Assembly: GCA_048128005.1 (NCBI GenBank)
Contig: JBEUKZ010000018.1
Span: forward strand, 62,001-126,000
Origin: Veleropilina oligotropha
Taxonomy: Eukaryota
DNA length: 64,000 bases
Direction: 5' to 3'
The notes beneath the pieces were generated by a model. That model was not told the DNA's origin. It saw only the letters and a program-made list of their open reading frames with translations, and did not search any database. A program made the position numbers and the translations under genes. This document shows positions 48,901 through 62,870 of this stretch, piece by piece. The stretch's first letter is position 1. Each line of letters begins with the position of its first letter.

Positions 48901-51900
48901 GTTACATTGGGGCATATAACGTGGTCTGGTATGACCCTGAAGGATGTTACATTGGGGCATATAACATGTTCTGGTATGACCCTGAGGGATGTTACATTGG
49001 GGCATATAACATGTTCTGGTATGACCCTGAATGATGTTACATTGGGGCATATAACATGTTCTGGTATGACCCTGAGGGATGTTACATTGGGGCATATAAC
49101 ATGGTCTGGTATGACCCTGAAGGATCTAACATTGGGGCATATAACGTGGTCTGGTATGACCCTGAAGGATGTTACATTAGGGCATATAACATGTTCTGGT
49201 ATGACCCTGAAGGATGTTACATTGGGGCATATAACATGTTCTGGTATGACCCTGAAGGATGCTACATTGGGGCATATAACATGGTCTGGTATGACCCTGA
49301 GGGATGTTACATTGGGGCATATAACATGTTCTGGTATGACCCTGAAGGATGTTACATTGGGGCATATAACATGGTCTGGTATGACCTTGAAGGATGTTAC
49401 ATTGGGGCATATAACATGTTCTGGTATGACCCTGAAGGATGTTACATTGGGGCATATAACGTGGTCTGGTATGACCCTGAAGGATGTTACATTGGGGCAT
49501 ATAACATGTTCTGGTATGACCCTGAAGGATGTTACATTGGGGCATATAACGTGGTCTGGTATGACCCTGAAGGATGTTACATTGGGGCATATAACGTGTT
49601 CTGGTATGACCCTGAAGGATGTTACATTGGGGCATATAACATGTTATGACCCTGAAGGATGTTACATTGGGGCATATAACATGTTCTGGTATGACCCCGA
49701 AGGATGTTACATTGGGGCATATAACATGGTCTGGTATGACCCTGAGGGATGTTACATTGGGGCATATAACATGTTATGGTTTGACCCTGAAGGATGTTAC
49801 ATTGGGGCATATAACATGGTCTGGTATGACCCTGAGGGATGTTACATTGGGGCATATAACATGTTCTGGTATGACCCTGAAGGATGTTACATTGGGGCAT
49901 ATAACATGTTCTGGTATGAGCCTGAGGGATGTAACATTTGGGCATATAACATGTTCTGGTATGACCCCGAAGGATGTTACATTGGGGCATATAACATGGT
50001 CTGGTATGACCCTGAGGGATGTTACATTGGGGCATATAACATGTTCTGGTATGACCCCGAAGGATGTTACATTGGGGCATATAACATGGTCTGGTATGAC
50101 CCTGGGGGATATTACATTGGGGCATATAACATGTTCTGGTATGACCCTGAGGGATATTACATTGGGGCATATAACATGTTCTGGTATGACCCTGAGGGAT
50201 GGTACATTGGGGCATATAACATGTTCTGGTATGACCCCGAGGGATGTTACATTGGGGCATATAACATGATCTGGTATGACCCTGAGGGATATTACATTGG
50301 GGCATATAACATGTTCTGGTATGTTCCTGAAGGATGTTACATTGGGGCATATAACATGTTCTGGTATGACCCTGAAGGATGTTACATTGGGGCATATAAC
50401 ATGTTCTGGTATGTTCCTGAAGGATGTTACATTGGGGCATATAACATGTTCTGGCATGACCCTGAAGGATGTTACATTGGGGCATATAACATGGTCTGGT
50501 ATGACCCTGAAGGATGTTACATTGGGGCATATAACATGTTCTGGTATGACCCCGAGGGATGTTACATTGGGGCATATAACATGTTCTGACCCTGAAGGAT
50601 GTTACATTGGGGCATATAACATGTGCTGGTATGACCCTGAGGGATGTTACATTAGGGCATATAACATGTTCTGGTATGACCCTGAAGGATATTACATTGG
50701 GGCGTATAACATGTTGTGGTATGACCCTGAGGGATGTTACATTGGGGCATATAACATGTTCTGGTATGTTCCTGAAGGATGTTACATTGGGGCATATAAC
50801 ATGTTCTGGTATGACCCCGAAGGAGGTTACATTGGGGCATATAACATGGTCTGGTATGACCCTGAGGGATGCTACATTGGGGCATATAACATGTTCTGGT
50901 ATGACCCCGAAGGATGTTACATTGGGGCATATAACATGGTCTGGTATGACCCTGGGGGATATTACATTGGGGCATATAACATGTTCTGGTATGTTCCTGA
51001 AGGATGTTACATTGGGGCATATAACATGTTCTAGTATGACCCTGAAGGATGTTACATTGGGCATATAACATGTTCTGGTATGACCCTGAGGTATGTTACA
51101 TTGGGCATATAACATGTTCTAGTATGACCCTGAAGGATGTTACATTGGGGCATATAACATGTTCTGGTATGACGCTGAAGGATGTTACATTGGGGCATAT
51201 AACATGTTCTGGTATGACCCTGAAGGATGTTACATTGGGGCATATAACATGTTCTGACCCTGAAGGATGTTACATTGGGGCATATAACATGTTCTGGTAT
51301 GACCCTGAATGATGTTACATTGGGGCATATAACATGTTCTGGTATGTTCCTGAAGGATGTTACATTGGGGCATATAACATGTTCTAGTATGACCCTGAAG
51401 GATGTTACATTGGGCATATAACATGTTCTAGTATGACCCTGAAGGATGTTACATTGGGGCATATAACATGTTCTGGTATGTTCCTGAAGGATGTTACATT
51501 GGGGCATATAACATGTTCTAGTATGACCCTGAAGGATGTTACATTGGGCATATAACATGTTCTAGTATGACCCTGAGGGATGTTACATTGGGCATATAAC
51601 ATGTTCTAGTATGACCCTGAAGGATGTTACATTGGGGCATATAACATGTTCTGGTATGACCCTGATGATGTTACATTGGGGCATATAACATGTTCTGGTA
51701 TGACCCTGAAGGATGTTACATTGGGGCATATAACATGTTCTAGTATGACCCTGAAGGATGTTACATTGGGGCATATAACATGTTCTGGTATGTTCCTGAA
51801 GGATGTTACATTGGGGCATATAACATGTTCTAGTATGACCCTGAAGGATGTTACATTGGGCATATAACATGTTCTAGTATGACCCTGAAGGATGTTACAT

Positions 51901-54900
51901 TGGGGCATATAACATGTTCTGGTATGTTCCTGAAGGATGTTACATTGGGGCATATAACATGTTCTAGTATGACCCTGAAGGATGTTACATTGGGCATATA
52001 ACATGTGCTGGTATGACCCTGAGGGATGTTACATTGGGCATATAACATGTTCTAGTATGACCCTGAAGGATGTTACATTGGGGCATATAACATGTTCTGG
52101 TATGACCCTGATGATGTTACATTGGGGCATATAACATGTTCTGGTATGACCCTGAAGGATGTTACATTGGGGCATATAACATGTTCTAGTATGACCCTGA
52201 AGGATGTTACATTGGGGCATATAACATGTTCTGGTATGTTCCTGAAGGATGTTACATTGGGGCATATAACATGTTCTAGTATGACCCTGAAGGATGTTAC
52301 ATTGGGCATATAACATGTTCTAGTATGACCCTGAAGGATGTTACATTGGGGCATATAACATGTTCTGGTATGACCCTGATGATGTTACATTGGGGCATAT
52401 AACATGTTCTAGTATGACCCTGAAGGATGTTACATTGGGGCATATAACATGTTCTGGTATGACCCTGATGATGTTACATTGGGGCATATAACATGTTCTG
52501 GTATGACCCTGAAGGATGTAACATTGGGGCATATAACATGTTCTGGTATGAGCCTGAGGGATGTTACATTGGGGCATATAACATGTTCTGGTATGACGCT
52601 GAAGGATGTTACATTGGGGCATATAACATGGTCTGGTATGACCCTGAGGGATGTTACATTGGGGCATATAACATGTTCTGGTATGACCCTGAAGGATGTT
52701 ACATTGGGGCATATAACATGTTCTGGTATGACCCCGAAGGATGTTACATTGGGGCATATAACATGTGCTGGTATGACCCTGATGGATGTTACATTGGGGC
52801 ATATAACATGTTATGACCCTGAAGGATGTTACATTGGGGCATATAACATGTTCTGGTATGACCCCGAGGGATGTTACATTGGGGCATATAACATGTTCTG
52901 ACCCTGAAGGATGTTACATTGGGGCATATAACATGTTCTGGTATGACCCTGAGGGATGTTACATTGGGGCATATAACATGTTCTGGTTTGACCCTGAAGG
53001 ATGTTACATTGGGGCGTATAACATGTTCTGGTATGACCCTGAAGGATGTTACATTGGGGCATATAACATGTTCTGGTATGAGCCTGAGGGATGTTACATT
53101 GGGGCATATAACATGTTCTGGTATGTTCCTGAAGGATGTTACATTGGGCATATAACATGTTCTGGTATGACCCTGAAGGATGTTACATTGGGGCATATAA
53201 CATGTTCTGGTATGAGCCTGAGGGATGTTACATTGGGGCATATAACATGTTCTGGTATGACGCTGAAGGATGTTACATTGGGGCATATAACATGGTCTGG
53301 TATGACCCTGAGGGATGGTACATTGGGGCATATAACATGGTCTGGTATGACCCTGAAGGATGTTACATTGGGGCATATAACATGTTCTGGTATGTTCCTG
53401 AAGGATGTTACATTGGGCATATAACATGGTCTGGTATGACCCTGAAGGATGTTACATTGGGGCATATAACATGTTCTGGTATGACCCCGAAGGATGTTAC
53501 ATTGGGGCATATAACATGTGCTGGTATGACCCTGAGGGATGTTACATTGGGGCATATAACATGTTCTGGTATGACCCAGAAGGATGTTACATTGGGGCAT
53601 ATAACATGGTCTGGTATGACCCCGAAGGATGTTACATTGGGGCATATAACATGTTCTGGTATGTTCCTGAAGGATGTTACATTGGGGCATATAACATGTT
53701 CTGGTACGACCCAGAAGGATGTTACATTGGGGCATATAACATGGTCTGGTATGACCCTGAAGGATGTTACATTGGGGCATATAACATGTTCTGGTATGTT
53801 CCTAAAGGATGTTACATTGGGCATATAACATGGTCTGGTATGACCCTGAGGGATGTTACATTGGGGCATATAACATGTTCTGGTATGACCCAGAAGGATG
53901 TTACATTGGGGCATATAACATGGTCTGGTATGACCCTGAAGGATGTTACATTGGGGCATATAACATGTTCTGGTATGTTCCTGAAGGATGTTACATTGGG
54001 CATATAACATGGTCTGGTATGACCCTGAAGGATGTTACATTGGGGCATATAACATGTTCTGGCATGACCCTGAAGGATGTTACATTGGGGCATATAACAT
54101 GTTCTGGTATGACCCTGAAGGATGTTACATTGGGGCATATAACATGTTCTGGTATGACCCTGAAGGATGTTACATTGGGGCATATAACATGTTCTGGTAT
54201 GACCCCGAAGGATGTTACATTGGGGCATATAACATGTGCTGGTATGACCCTGAGGGATGTTACATTGGGGCATATAACATGTTCTGGTATGACCCAGAAG
54301 GATGTTACATTGGGGCATATAACATGGTCTGGTATGACCCCGAAGGATGTTACATTGGGGCATATAACATGTTATGACCCTGAAGGATGTTACATTGGGC
54401 ATATAACATGGTCTGGTATGACCCTGAAGGATGTTACATTGGGGCATATAACATGGTCTGGTATGACCCTGAAGGATGTTACATTGGGGCATATAACATG
54501 TTCTGGTATGTTCCTGAAGGATGTTACATTGGGCATATAACATGGTCTGGTATGACCCTGAATGATGTTACATTGGGGCATATAACATGGTCTGGTATGA
54601 CCCTGAAGGATGTTACATTGGGGCATATAACATGGTCTGGTATGACCCTGAAGGATGTTACATTGGGGCATATAACATGGTCTGGTATGACCCTGATGAT
54701 GTTACATTGGGGCATATAACATGGTCTGGTATGACCCTGAGGGATGTTACATTGGGGCATATAACATGTTCTGGTATGACCCTGAAGGATGTTACATTGG
54801 GGCATATAACATGGTCTGGTATGACCCTGAAGGATGTTACATTGGGGCATATAACATGTTCTGGTATGTTCCTGAAGGATGTTACATTGGGCATATAACA

Positions 54901-55978
54901 TGGTCTGGTATGACCCTGAATGATGTTACATTGGGGCATATAACATGGTCTGGTATGACCCTGATGATGTTACATTGGGGCATATAACATGGTCTGGTAT
55001 GACCCTGAGGGATGTTACATTGGGGCATATAACATGTTCTGGTATGACCCTGAAGGATGTTACATTGGGGCATATAACATGTTCTGGTGTGACCCTGAAG
55101 GATGTTACATTGGGGCATATAACATGTTCTGGTACGACCCCTGAAGGATGTTACATTGGGGCATATAACATGTTCTGGTATGTTCCTGAAGGATGTTACA
55201 TTGGGCATATAACATGGTCTGGTATGACCCTGAATGATGTTACATTGGGGCATATAACATGGTCTGGTATGACCCTGATGATGTTACATTGGGGCATATA
55301 ACATGGTCTGGTATGACCCTGAGGGATGTTACATTGGGGCATATAACATGGTCTGGTATGACCCTGAGGGATGTTACATTGGGGCATATAACATGTTCTG
55401 GTATGACCCTGAAGGACGTAACATTGGGGCATATAACATGGTCTGGTATGACCCTGAAGGATGTTACATTGGGGCATATAACATGTTCTAGTATGACCCT
55501 GAAGGACGTAACATTGGGGCATATAACATGTTCTGGTATGACCCTGAAGGACGTAACATTGGGGCATATAACATGGTCTGGTATGACCCTGAAGGATGTT
55601 ACATTGGGGCATATAACATGTTCTAGTATGACCCTGAAGGATGTTACATTGGGCATATAACATGTTCTGTTATGACCCTGAAGGATGTTACATTGGGGCA
55701 TATAACATGGTCTGGTATGACCCTGAAGGGTGTTACATTGGGGCATATAACATGGTCTGGTATGACCCTGAGGGATGTTACATTGGGGCATATAACATGT
55801 TCTGGTATGACCCTGAAGGATGTTACATTGGGGCATATAACATGTTCTGGTATGACCCTGAGGGATGTTACATTGGGGCATATAACATGTTCTGGCATGA
55901 GCCTGAAGGATGTAACATTGGGGCATATAACATGTTCTGGTATGACCCTGAAGGATGTAACATTGGGGCATATAACAT
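45921..55978. repeat. 45-bp satellite (ccctgaaggatgttacattggggcatataacatgttctggtatga), ~224 copies, 10 kb
   Basis: Continuous array; 44-, 40- and 39-bp deletion variants accumulate in the right half. Confidence 0.99.
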
Positions 55979-56107
55979 TGATCTAAATGAGCACATTGTC
56001 GTCGAACTACAAGAGACACGGAAGAGTTCTGCCAAAAGATATGTGAATTGCCAAGCCCTGGCTGACATGTAGACATGGTGCTTGCATCAGACCTATGGGT
56101 AGATTAA

Positions 56108-57356
56108 CCTTTGAGCGTGGCTGTCACCGTTCGGCGACAAGGGTATATGACGATGTACCTGACGAGAAAATATGTGCAAATTGGTGGTTAGAATGGCCCA
56201 GTATAGCTATGTTTGCATTCGTAACATCGCATTTTTTCCATACATGCATATGTTTCTATGTGTTTATATTCAAGTTTTAGGTTGAAATTGGTGGAAACTT
56301 GATAAAAGACAAAATGATACGAAATAGGCCCACTATACTCCAGAGCAAGCATTGGAAATCCTGCAACTGAATACTTACAATAAAGTCAATAATTTGACTA
56401 ATCTGAACATTATATGAAACATATTAATTTCCATGATCAGATGATAAAGCTCATTATCAATTCAAAATGGATGCTATTTACATATGCAAATTAGTCAAAC
56501 TTCACGACTTGTTTTGAAAGACCTTCATATATGCTTCAAATGTTTTGTACGTTGTTTGGACAAGCAGCTTTGAAGAGGTAAGGTAATTGTTGTCTTCCTA
56601 CATTTTTCTTGATTTGTTGCCGCCATTGGAATTTTCGTCACCGTGGAAAATGGACCTAAATATAGCGCCCACATATATTTTTATACAATTTATTTTTAGT
56701 AAAAAAGAGTTATATTTGCAATAGAAGATAACATTTCATGAATATATGCAATGAAATAAAAAAATGGACTAATCTGAACATATCAAACATACTATTTTCC
56801 ACGATCATTATAAATTCAAGATGGCCACTATCTACATAATTATGGAAAATTATGCAACTTATTTTGAAAGCCCTATACAGTATATGATCCAATTATTCTG
56901 TACTTTGTTTGGACAACCAGATTTCAAAATGGGAAGATGATTGTGGTCTTGCTACACTTTTCTTGATTTGGTGTGGCCATCTTGAATTTAGCAATTTTCG
57001 TCACCGTGGACAAGCGACCTAAAAGTGCCTCAAAATAACTTTCCCATTTATTTTCAGTAAAAATGATTTTATTTGCAATATAAGATACAATTGCATGGAT
57101 ACATACAATAAAATCAATTGTTTGACTAATCTGAACATGGGAAATATACTATATGGCCAAGTTCATTATAAATTCAAGATGGCTGCCATCCAATTCGGCA
57201 AATTATATAACATATTTTGAAAGTCCTTCATATATGCTACAATTGTTATAATATATTTTGTTTGGGTGTATAATGACAGGTCAACATTGCAATATCACTT
57301 TACAAATAGGTGTTAAACATTAAATATTTGCACTAAGGTATTCCGTGCTCAAAGGG
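56108..57356. mobile_element. piggyBac-type non-autonomous element (TTAA TSD) with three internal ~355-bp repeats
   Basis: ttaa|cctttgagcgtgg ... ccgtgctcaaaggg|ttaa; gactaatctgaacat recurs at 56396, 56767 and 57124. Confidence 0.8.
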
Positions 57357-57436
57357 TTAAATGTCTGCATAGGATTCTACTATCTGAGAACATTGTATAG
57401 ATAATTATTGTAAATGTTAAGTTTTCATTACTAATG

Positions 57437-58200
57437 TAACAAGGCAAACCTTCGCCCCGGTGGCAAGGAATGTTGGAAGGTGGAAATATTTGCGAATACA
57501 TGTAATAGTTGTAGAACATTTTGACCCTAATTTGAAGTTTGTATGCCGAAGCGTTTAACGTACGCTAGATCCGATAATCCGCAAACCGGACATTGCGACA
57601 TAAAATCCTGATCTTGTCTCCGACTCCGATCATCTGTAATGAGGACCGAGCATAGACTGAACCCTATCTTGTTTAAAAAAAGTAAGTAAATCGGTTCAAT
57701 GGTCGTTGAGTTAGAACCGAAAAAGCGGAAACTGGAAATTGCGTCATAAAATCCGGATTCCCTTTCCGACTCCAATCATATTTGAGGAGAACCGATCCTA
57801 GGGTGGACCCTATCTTGTGTCAAAAAAAGTGGATAAATCGGTTCAATGGTCGTTAAAATATAGCAGAAAATCCGGAAATTGCATCATAAAATCCGGATCC
57901 GTGTTCGATCATCTTTGAAGAGGACCGAACTTACGATGGGCCATACCGTGTGTGAACAAATGATATAAATAGGATCAATGGTTGTTGAGATATGCCCGCG
58001 GGCAGACAATCCGGTTGCGTTATAAAATCCGAATCCGCTTTCCGATTCGATCATCTTTGATGAGGACAGAGCGTATGGTGGACCCTATCTCGTGTACAAA
58101 AAATAGATAAATCGGCTCAATGGCTGTTGAGATATGCTCACGGACAGACAGACAGACGCACAGACAACCAGACCAGATTGCATTACCTCCTTCCACCACT
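57437..58200 (-). mobile_element. HINE/pearl-like element with ~135-bp internal repeats and (caga)n
   Basis: aacaagg plus hairpin-like end at 57437; four copies of ataaaatcc.gat...gatcatct...gaggaccga...accctatct...aaatcggttcaatgg; gacagacagacag at 58143. Confidence 0.65.
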
Positions 58201-58204
58201 GAGA

Positions 58205-58445
58205 AGTCTCCGATGCTTTTTAACATATACTTGACTGTCTTCCATGGATCTCCCTGCGACACAGGCCAAGAAATAAGGATACGCTGACGACCTAGCTGTC
58301 CAGACCCGGAATAAATGGTGGGAGGAGATTGAAGTCGGAGTACCGGAAGACGCTGTCCAAGTACCTGTAGAACTGGCGCCTCAAACTCAACAATGCCAAG
58401 TCCATGTTCCCTGTGCTCCACCTTAACAACAAACAGGCAAGTCGC
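58205..58445 (+). pseudogene. Non-LTR reverse transcriptase fragment (I-group, Vingi/Ingi-like)
   Basis: Frameshifted translation gives SPMLFNIY, YADDLAVQ and LSKYL*NWRLKLNNAKS...LHLNNKQASR. Confidence 0.65.
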
Positions 58446-58984
58446 AATGTCATTAACCTTCTGCAGTTCCAGACAGCACTGAGTTTGAAGCTCCGATTGC
58501 TGAGCTGCCGGACATTACATCTGAAAAGACGCTGACAAGATATTAAATGTTGTCAAACTGCGAATCTGCAAAACTTTTTGGTGGATGAATTTGGTGTCAT
58601 ATTGGAAGAACTCCGTTTTGAATTCAGCAGCACCAATGAAGCCGGGGCCTCCCCAAGGACCACATTAACTCCAAAAACATAGAATTTGACAGTAGTAATT
58701 AAAGCACAAAGACTACCTAGCTACGTACATATCCTCTTCATCCCTAGAGGGGCAGAAGGCCGTAACTACATTAAATCTCTCCACTTGACTCTGTCCTGCA
58801 TGGGTAACCTTTTTCTCCTCACCCCACGCCAGTACCATCTCTGCCGATCGTTCTCCTATGCCAAGCTGTTTAGTCTGCTTGGCTTTCGCTTGCTTATTGG
58901 TGTCCAAGAGTGTGCCAAGATTCGCATATGTCTATACGTTGGAGGATACGGTAAACATGTCACCGGAAAAACATATCATTCGAG

Positions 58985-60606
58985 AAAATGAAAACTTTTT
59001 TGAAAGTATTGAGATTACCACTGAAATGGTTGAAAAAAAGATAAACTTACTAAATCTTAGTAAAGCTCCAGGTCCGGACAATAGATATCCCAAATTGCTA
59101 AAAGCCGGTAAGGAAGAATTAGTAAAGCCATTAACCAAGTTATTCAATAAATCATTAAAAGAGGGAAGTTTTCCTGATGACTGGAAAATTGGTAATATTA
59201 TCCCAATCTTTAAGAAGGGATGTAGGTCAAACACCCAAAATTATCGACCTATTAGTCTGACATCAATAGTAGGCAAGATCATGGAATCTATCTTAAAGGA
59301 TGCTATCTTACAACACATTAAAAAATTTGACTTGCTAAACCTTAGTTAGCATGGATTTATGGAGAAACGGTCTTGTTTAACTAACTTACTGGAATTTTTT
59401 GAAGATGTAACGACTGCCATATATACGGGCAAACGAGTTGATATAATATATCTTGATTGTCAAAAGGCATTCGATAAAGTACCACATAAACGGCTGATAC
59501 AAAAATTAAGTAACCATGGTCTGAAAGGTCAAATATTAAATTGGATAAGGATGTGGCTAGAAAATAGAAAACAGAGGGTTGTAATAAATGAGATTAAGTC
59601 AAAGTGGGAGCCGGTACTAAGTGGAGTTCCACAAGGTTCTGTTTTAGGCCTATTGCTGTTTCTTATATATTTAAATGACATTGATGACGTCATTACGTCT
59701 CTTGTAAAAAAAGTTTGCAGACGATACCAAATTGTACAAAATTGTTGAAAGTGAAGACGATGCAAAAACACTTCAAAGTGATTTAAACAATCTGGTAAAA
59801 TGGTCAGAGGATTGGCAATGCTTTTTAACACCAGTAAATGTAAGGTATTGTATGCGGGTTATAACAGCAAAACTTATAATTATAAAATGGGTTCAGATAC
59901 CTTGGAAGTAGTAACAAAAGAGAAAAATTTGGATGTATGGGTGGACAAGACGTTTAAACCATCAAATCAATATGCAGAATCAGCTAAAAAGGGAAATCAA
60001 ATATTGGGAATGATAAAGAGAAACTTTAATTTTAAATCTAGAGTGATAATAACACGCCTATACAAGCAAATGGTTAGACCGCATTTAGAATATGCAGTGC
60101 AAGCATGGGGTCCATATCTTGCAAAGGATATCAAAATTCTTGAACAAGTACAAAGAGTCACAAAATTGATAGGCGAAGTGAGAGAATTACCTTGTGAGGA
60201 TAGACTAAGAGCACTTAACCTCACAACATTGTCTTTGAGAAGGATACGGGGGGATATGATTCAGGTATTTAAAATGTTTACAGGAATTGGCAATGTTGAC
60301 AGTACTTCCTTTTATCAGATTAACCAAAGATCTATCAGGGGCCATAAATACAAAGTTTACAAAAAAAGATTCCGACTAGACGTTAGAAAACACTTTTTCT
60401 CAAATCGGGTTGTCGATGAATGGAACGGTCTTCCTAGTAACGTAGTAGAATCGACATCTGTAAACCAATTTAAAAACCGCATAGATGATTATTTTAAGAA
60501 ACATGGCATGTTATAGATGACCAGAAACGACAATGGGTTTTAATATGAGTGGCAGTAATGCGCTTCCTAAACCCAAACAAATTATATTTAAATCTATTTA
60601 AATTTA
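58985..60606 (+). mobile_element. 5'-truncated CR1-clade LINE (ORF2 RT pseudogene plus short 3' UTR)
   Basis: KAPGPD, NYRPISLTS, SCLTNLLEFFE, YLDxQKAFDKVPH, SGVPQGSVLG, FADDTK (frameshift ~59710), VRPHLEY, RRIRGDMI, FFSNRVVDEWNGLP. Stop at 59347; 3' tandem tatttaaatc tail. Confidence 0.95.
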
Positions 60607-60769
60607 GTAAACATACTATCTCAGTACGTGATCCAACCATCGAAAACGTCTCTTGATAACGAGGACAACAGTCTGGCCGCCAGTCATCTTGTACAGGTCA
60701 ATGCCCGCAATTGATCTTTCTAATGCACCCATTGTGGAAGAACTCCACGTGTCTCGTGGCCGGTCTTGA

Positions 60770-60965
60770 TGACTCGCCAGCATTCTGATGCATACAGAAT
60801 GACAAATTTGACAATGATGTTATAGAGTCTGAAGTAAATACTGTGGATAAATACCATGGCGAAAGTTTCTGACACTTTGAAGATCCCATACGGTCATCAT
60901 CCCGTTGGAAACCCTACAAGTACTTGTTGCAGATAATCGACAGACCTGGAGACCAATCCGCAATG
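60770..60965 (+). pseudogene. Possible RTE-clade LINE C-terminal remnant
   Basis: Fragments ...SDTLK...IPLETLQVLVADNRQTWR resemble the D.LK...LA.DR..WR ending of RTE ORFs; heavily decayed. Confidence 0.3.
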
Positions 60966-61305
60966 TATTAAACCGAACGTCGGTCGTCCACGTTGAGGCT
61001 TTCCAAAGCTTCCATAAAGTAGAAATGAACATATGTATAGGCCCTACAGGTCTATGGAAGATTTCATCACATTTACCGATTTCCAATTTAACACCAAACT
61101 ACTACCCCATCAAAGATCATATGAACTGATGGTTACCAGGTATACTAGCAGAGGTCTACACGTGTGCAGTAATATGTCTTAACAGCTAGAGCTCTTCCGA
61201 ACATCTTCGAACAAAATAAATTTTTCGATACGTAATGAATGAATTCAATGTTCATATGTACAATAGAAACGCAACATATAGGTCAAAAGGCCGTGACCAC
61301 AATCG

Positions 61306-61995
61306 TATGGAACGCCAAATTAACATATATATATTCAATTAATTGAACCTATCTTCAAATAATTGAAGATAGGTTCAATTCAATAGAGATAGGTTCAATT
61401 CAATTGAAGAGAGGTTCAATTCAATTGAAGATAGGTTGAATTCCATTGAAGATAGGTTGATGGTTGCCAATTACACCTAGGTCTAATTCTATTAGAGATA
61501 GGTCTAATTCATTTGAAGTATTTGCACCTATCTTCAATATAATTGAACATATCTCTAATTAACTCTACCTAGGTCGAATTGAATTAGACCTAGGTGCAAT
61601 TGAATTGAACCGAGGTGCAATTGAATTGAACCTAGGTGAAATTGAATTGTACCTAGGTGTAATTGAATTAGACTTATCTCTAATTGAATTGAACCTATCT
61701 TCAAATACAACATATCCTTAATTGAATTGAACCTATCTTCAAATACAACATATCCTTAAATGAATTGTATCCATTTTCAAATGAATTGAACCTATCTGCA
61801 ATTCGTTAGCATCATAGTGTGTTCCCAATTAAATATAGGCTCAATTCAATTGGAGATATGTCTAATTCAATTGGAGATAGGTCTAATTCAATTACAGATA
61901 GGTTCACATAAGACAAATTAAACCTATCTCTAATTGAATTAGACCTAGGTGTAATTGAATTGAACCTAGGTCCAATTCTAATTTGGTGTTCCATA
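61306..61995. mobile_element. Non-autonomous IS3EU-like DNA transposon (TATGG termini, 6-bp TSD) filled with ~22-bp repeats in alternating orientation
   Basis: caatcg|tatggaacgccaaat ... atttggtgttccata|caatcg; internal aattgaattgaacctaggt/atctc units. Confidence 0.8.
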
Positions 61996-62327
61996 CAATC
62001 GGGCCATGATACCATATAATATCACATCACATAGAGTAAGGCCTATTATATTGCTGTTTCATCTAACTCGTACATGGATCCAGAGCCAATTAAAGACCTC
62101 AATTGGTCTTACAGTTGGAACAAAAAACAGCAATAGCACATCATTTGACGTGACAAAGGCTTTCGAGACCGTGGATCTAGAAGCTCAAGACAGACTGATT
62201 CATGCGTGCATGCATAAGTCTTAGAAAATGTGAAAGCCCTTTACTTGAAGATTTCGATGTAACCAAAGGCTTTATAAGCCGTTGTGTATTTGAACTATAT
62301 CTCTGTCCAACGTTAATATGTACATGG

Positions 62328-62687
62328 CAAGGGCGTCGGAAGCAAGTTGACATTGTTCCCACGAATGTTATGAAGGGGATGGTAGGCCTACCACTCTCCT
62401 ATGCAGTGACGGTATTTCGTTATACTACATACATATTAGTAAGATACGGGTTATTTTAACTGCGTGGGGGTGGTGCCCCACGCGGAGGAAAATTTTGACA
62501 ATTAATAGTGTGAAACCCTCTTTCCTGCATTCTGACAGTGCAAATCGCCATATTTTTACCATCAAAATTGTTACTGGACCCCCTGAACCCTCCCCCTGAA
62601 TCCGCCCTTGACAAATATCCACAACCTGCCAAAATATTGGTCCGGCAAGTGCCGGACGGGCCTGCCGGACCGGTTCCGACGCCCCTG
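62328..62687. mobile_element. hAT-like MITE remnant
   Basis: caagggcgtcggaa ... ttccgacgcccctg TIR pair; no clean TSD. Confidence 0.5.
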
Positions 62688-62870
62688 GGGCCATGATGTG
62701 CAATGCCCCTAGGCAATCTGATGCCTCTATCAAATTATTATATAATATTACCCTAACCCTCAGTGAAACATCGTCGCGACATTTACAAAAGTAGTGAACT
62801 AGACTATTTCTGGTAACAGTTCCTTCGTTTAAAAAATGCTGGAAATGAACTACATTTGAATTAATAGCAA

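Noticed and set aside
45862..56076. Long repeat-protein ORFs (YDPEGCYIGAYNMFW, MPQCNILQGHTRTCY, etc.)
   Set aside because: Open in several frames on both strands because the unit is 45 bp. Frequent frameshifting indels and stops are tolerated, so this is satellite rather than coding.
55978..56103. Peptide ...SAKRYVNCQALADM resembling a transposase C-terminus
   Set aside because: Similarity too weak and stop-ridden to support without a profile search.
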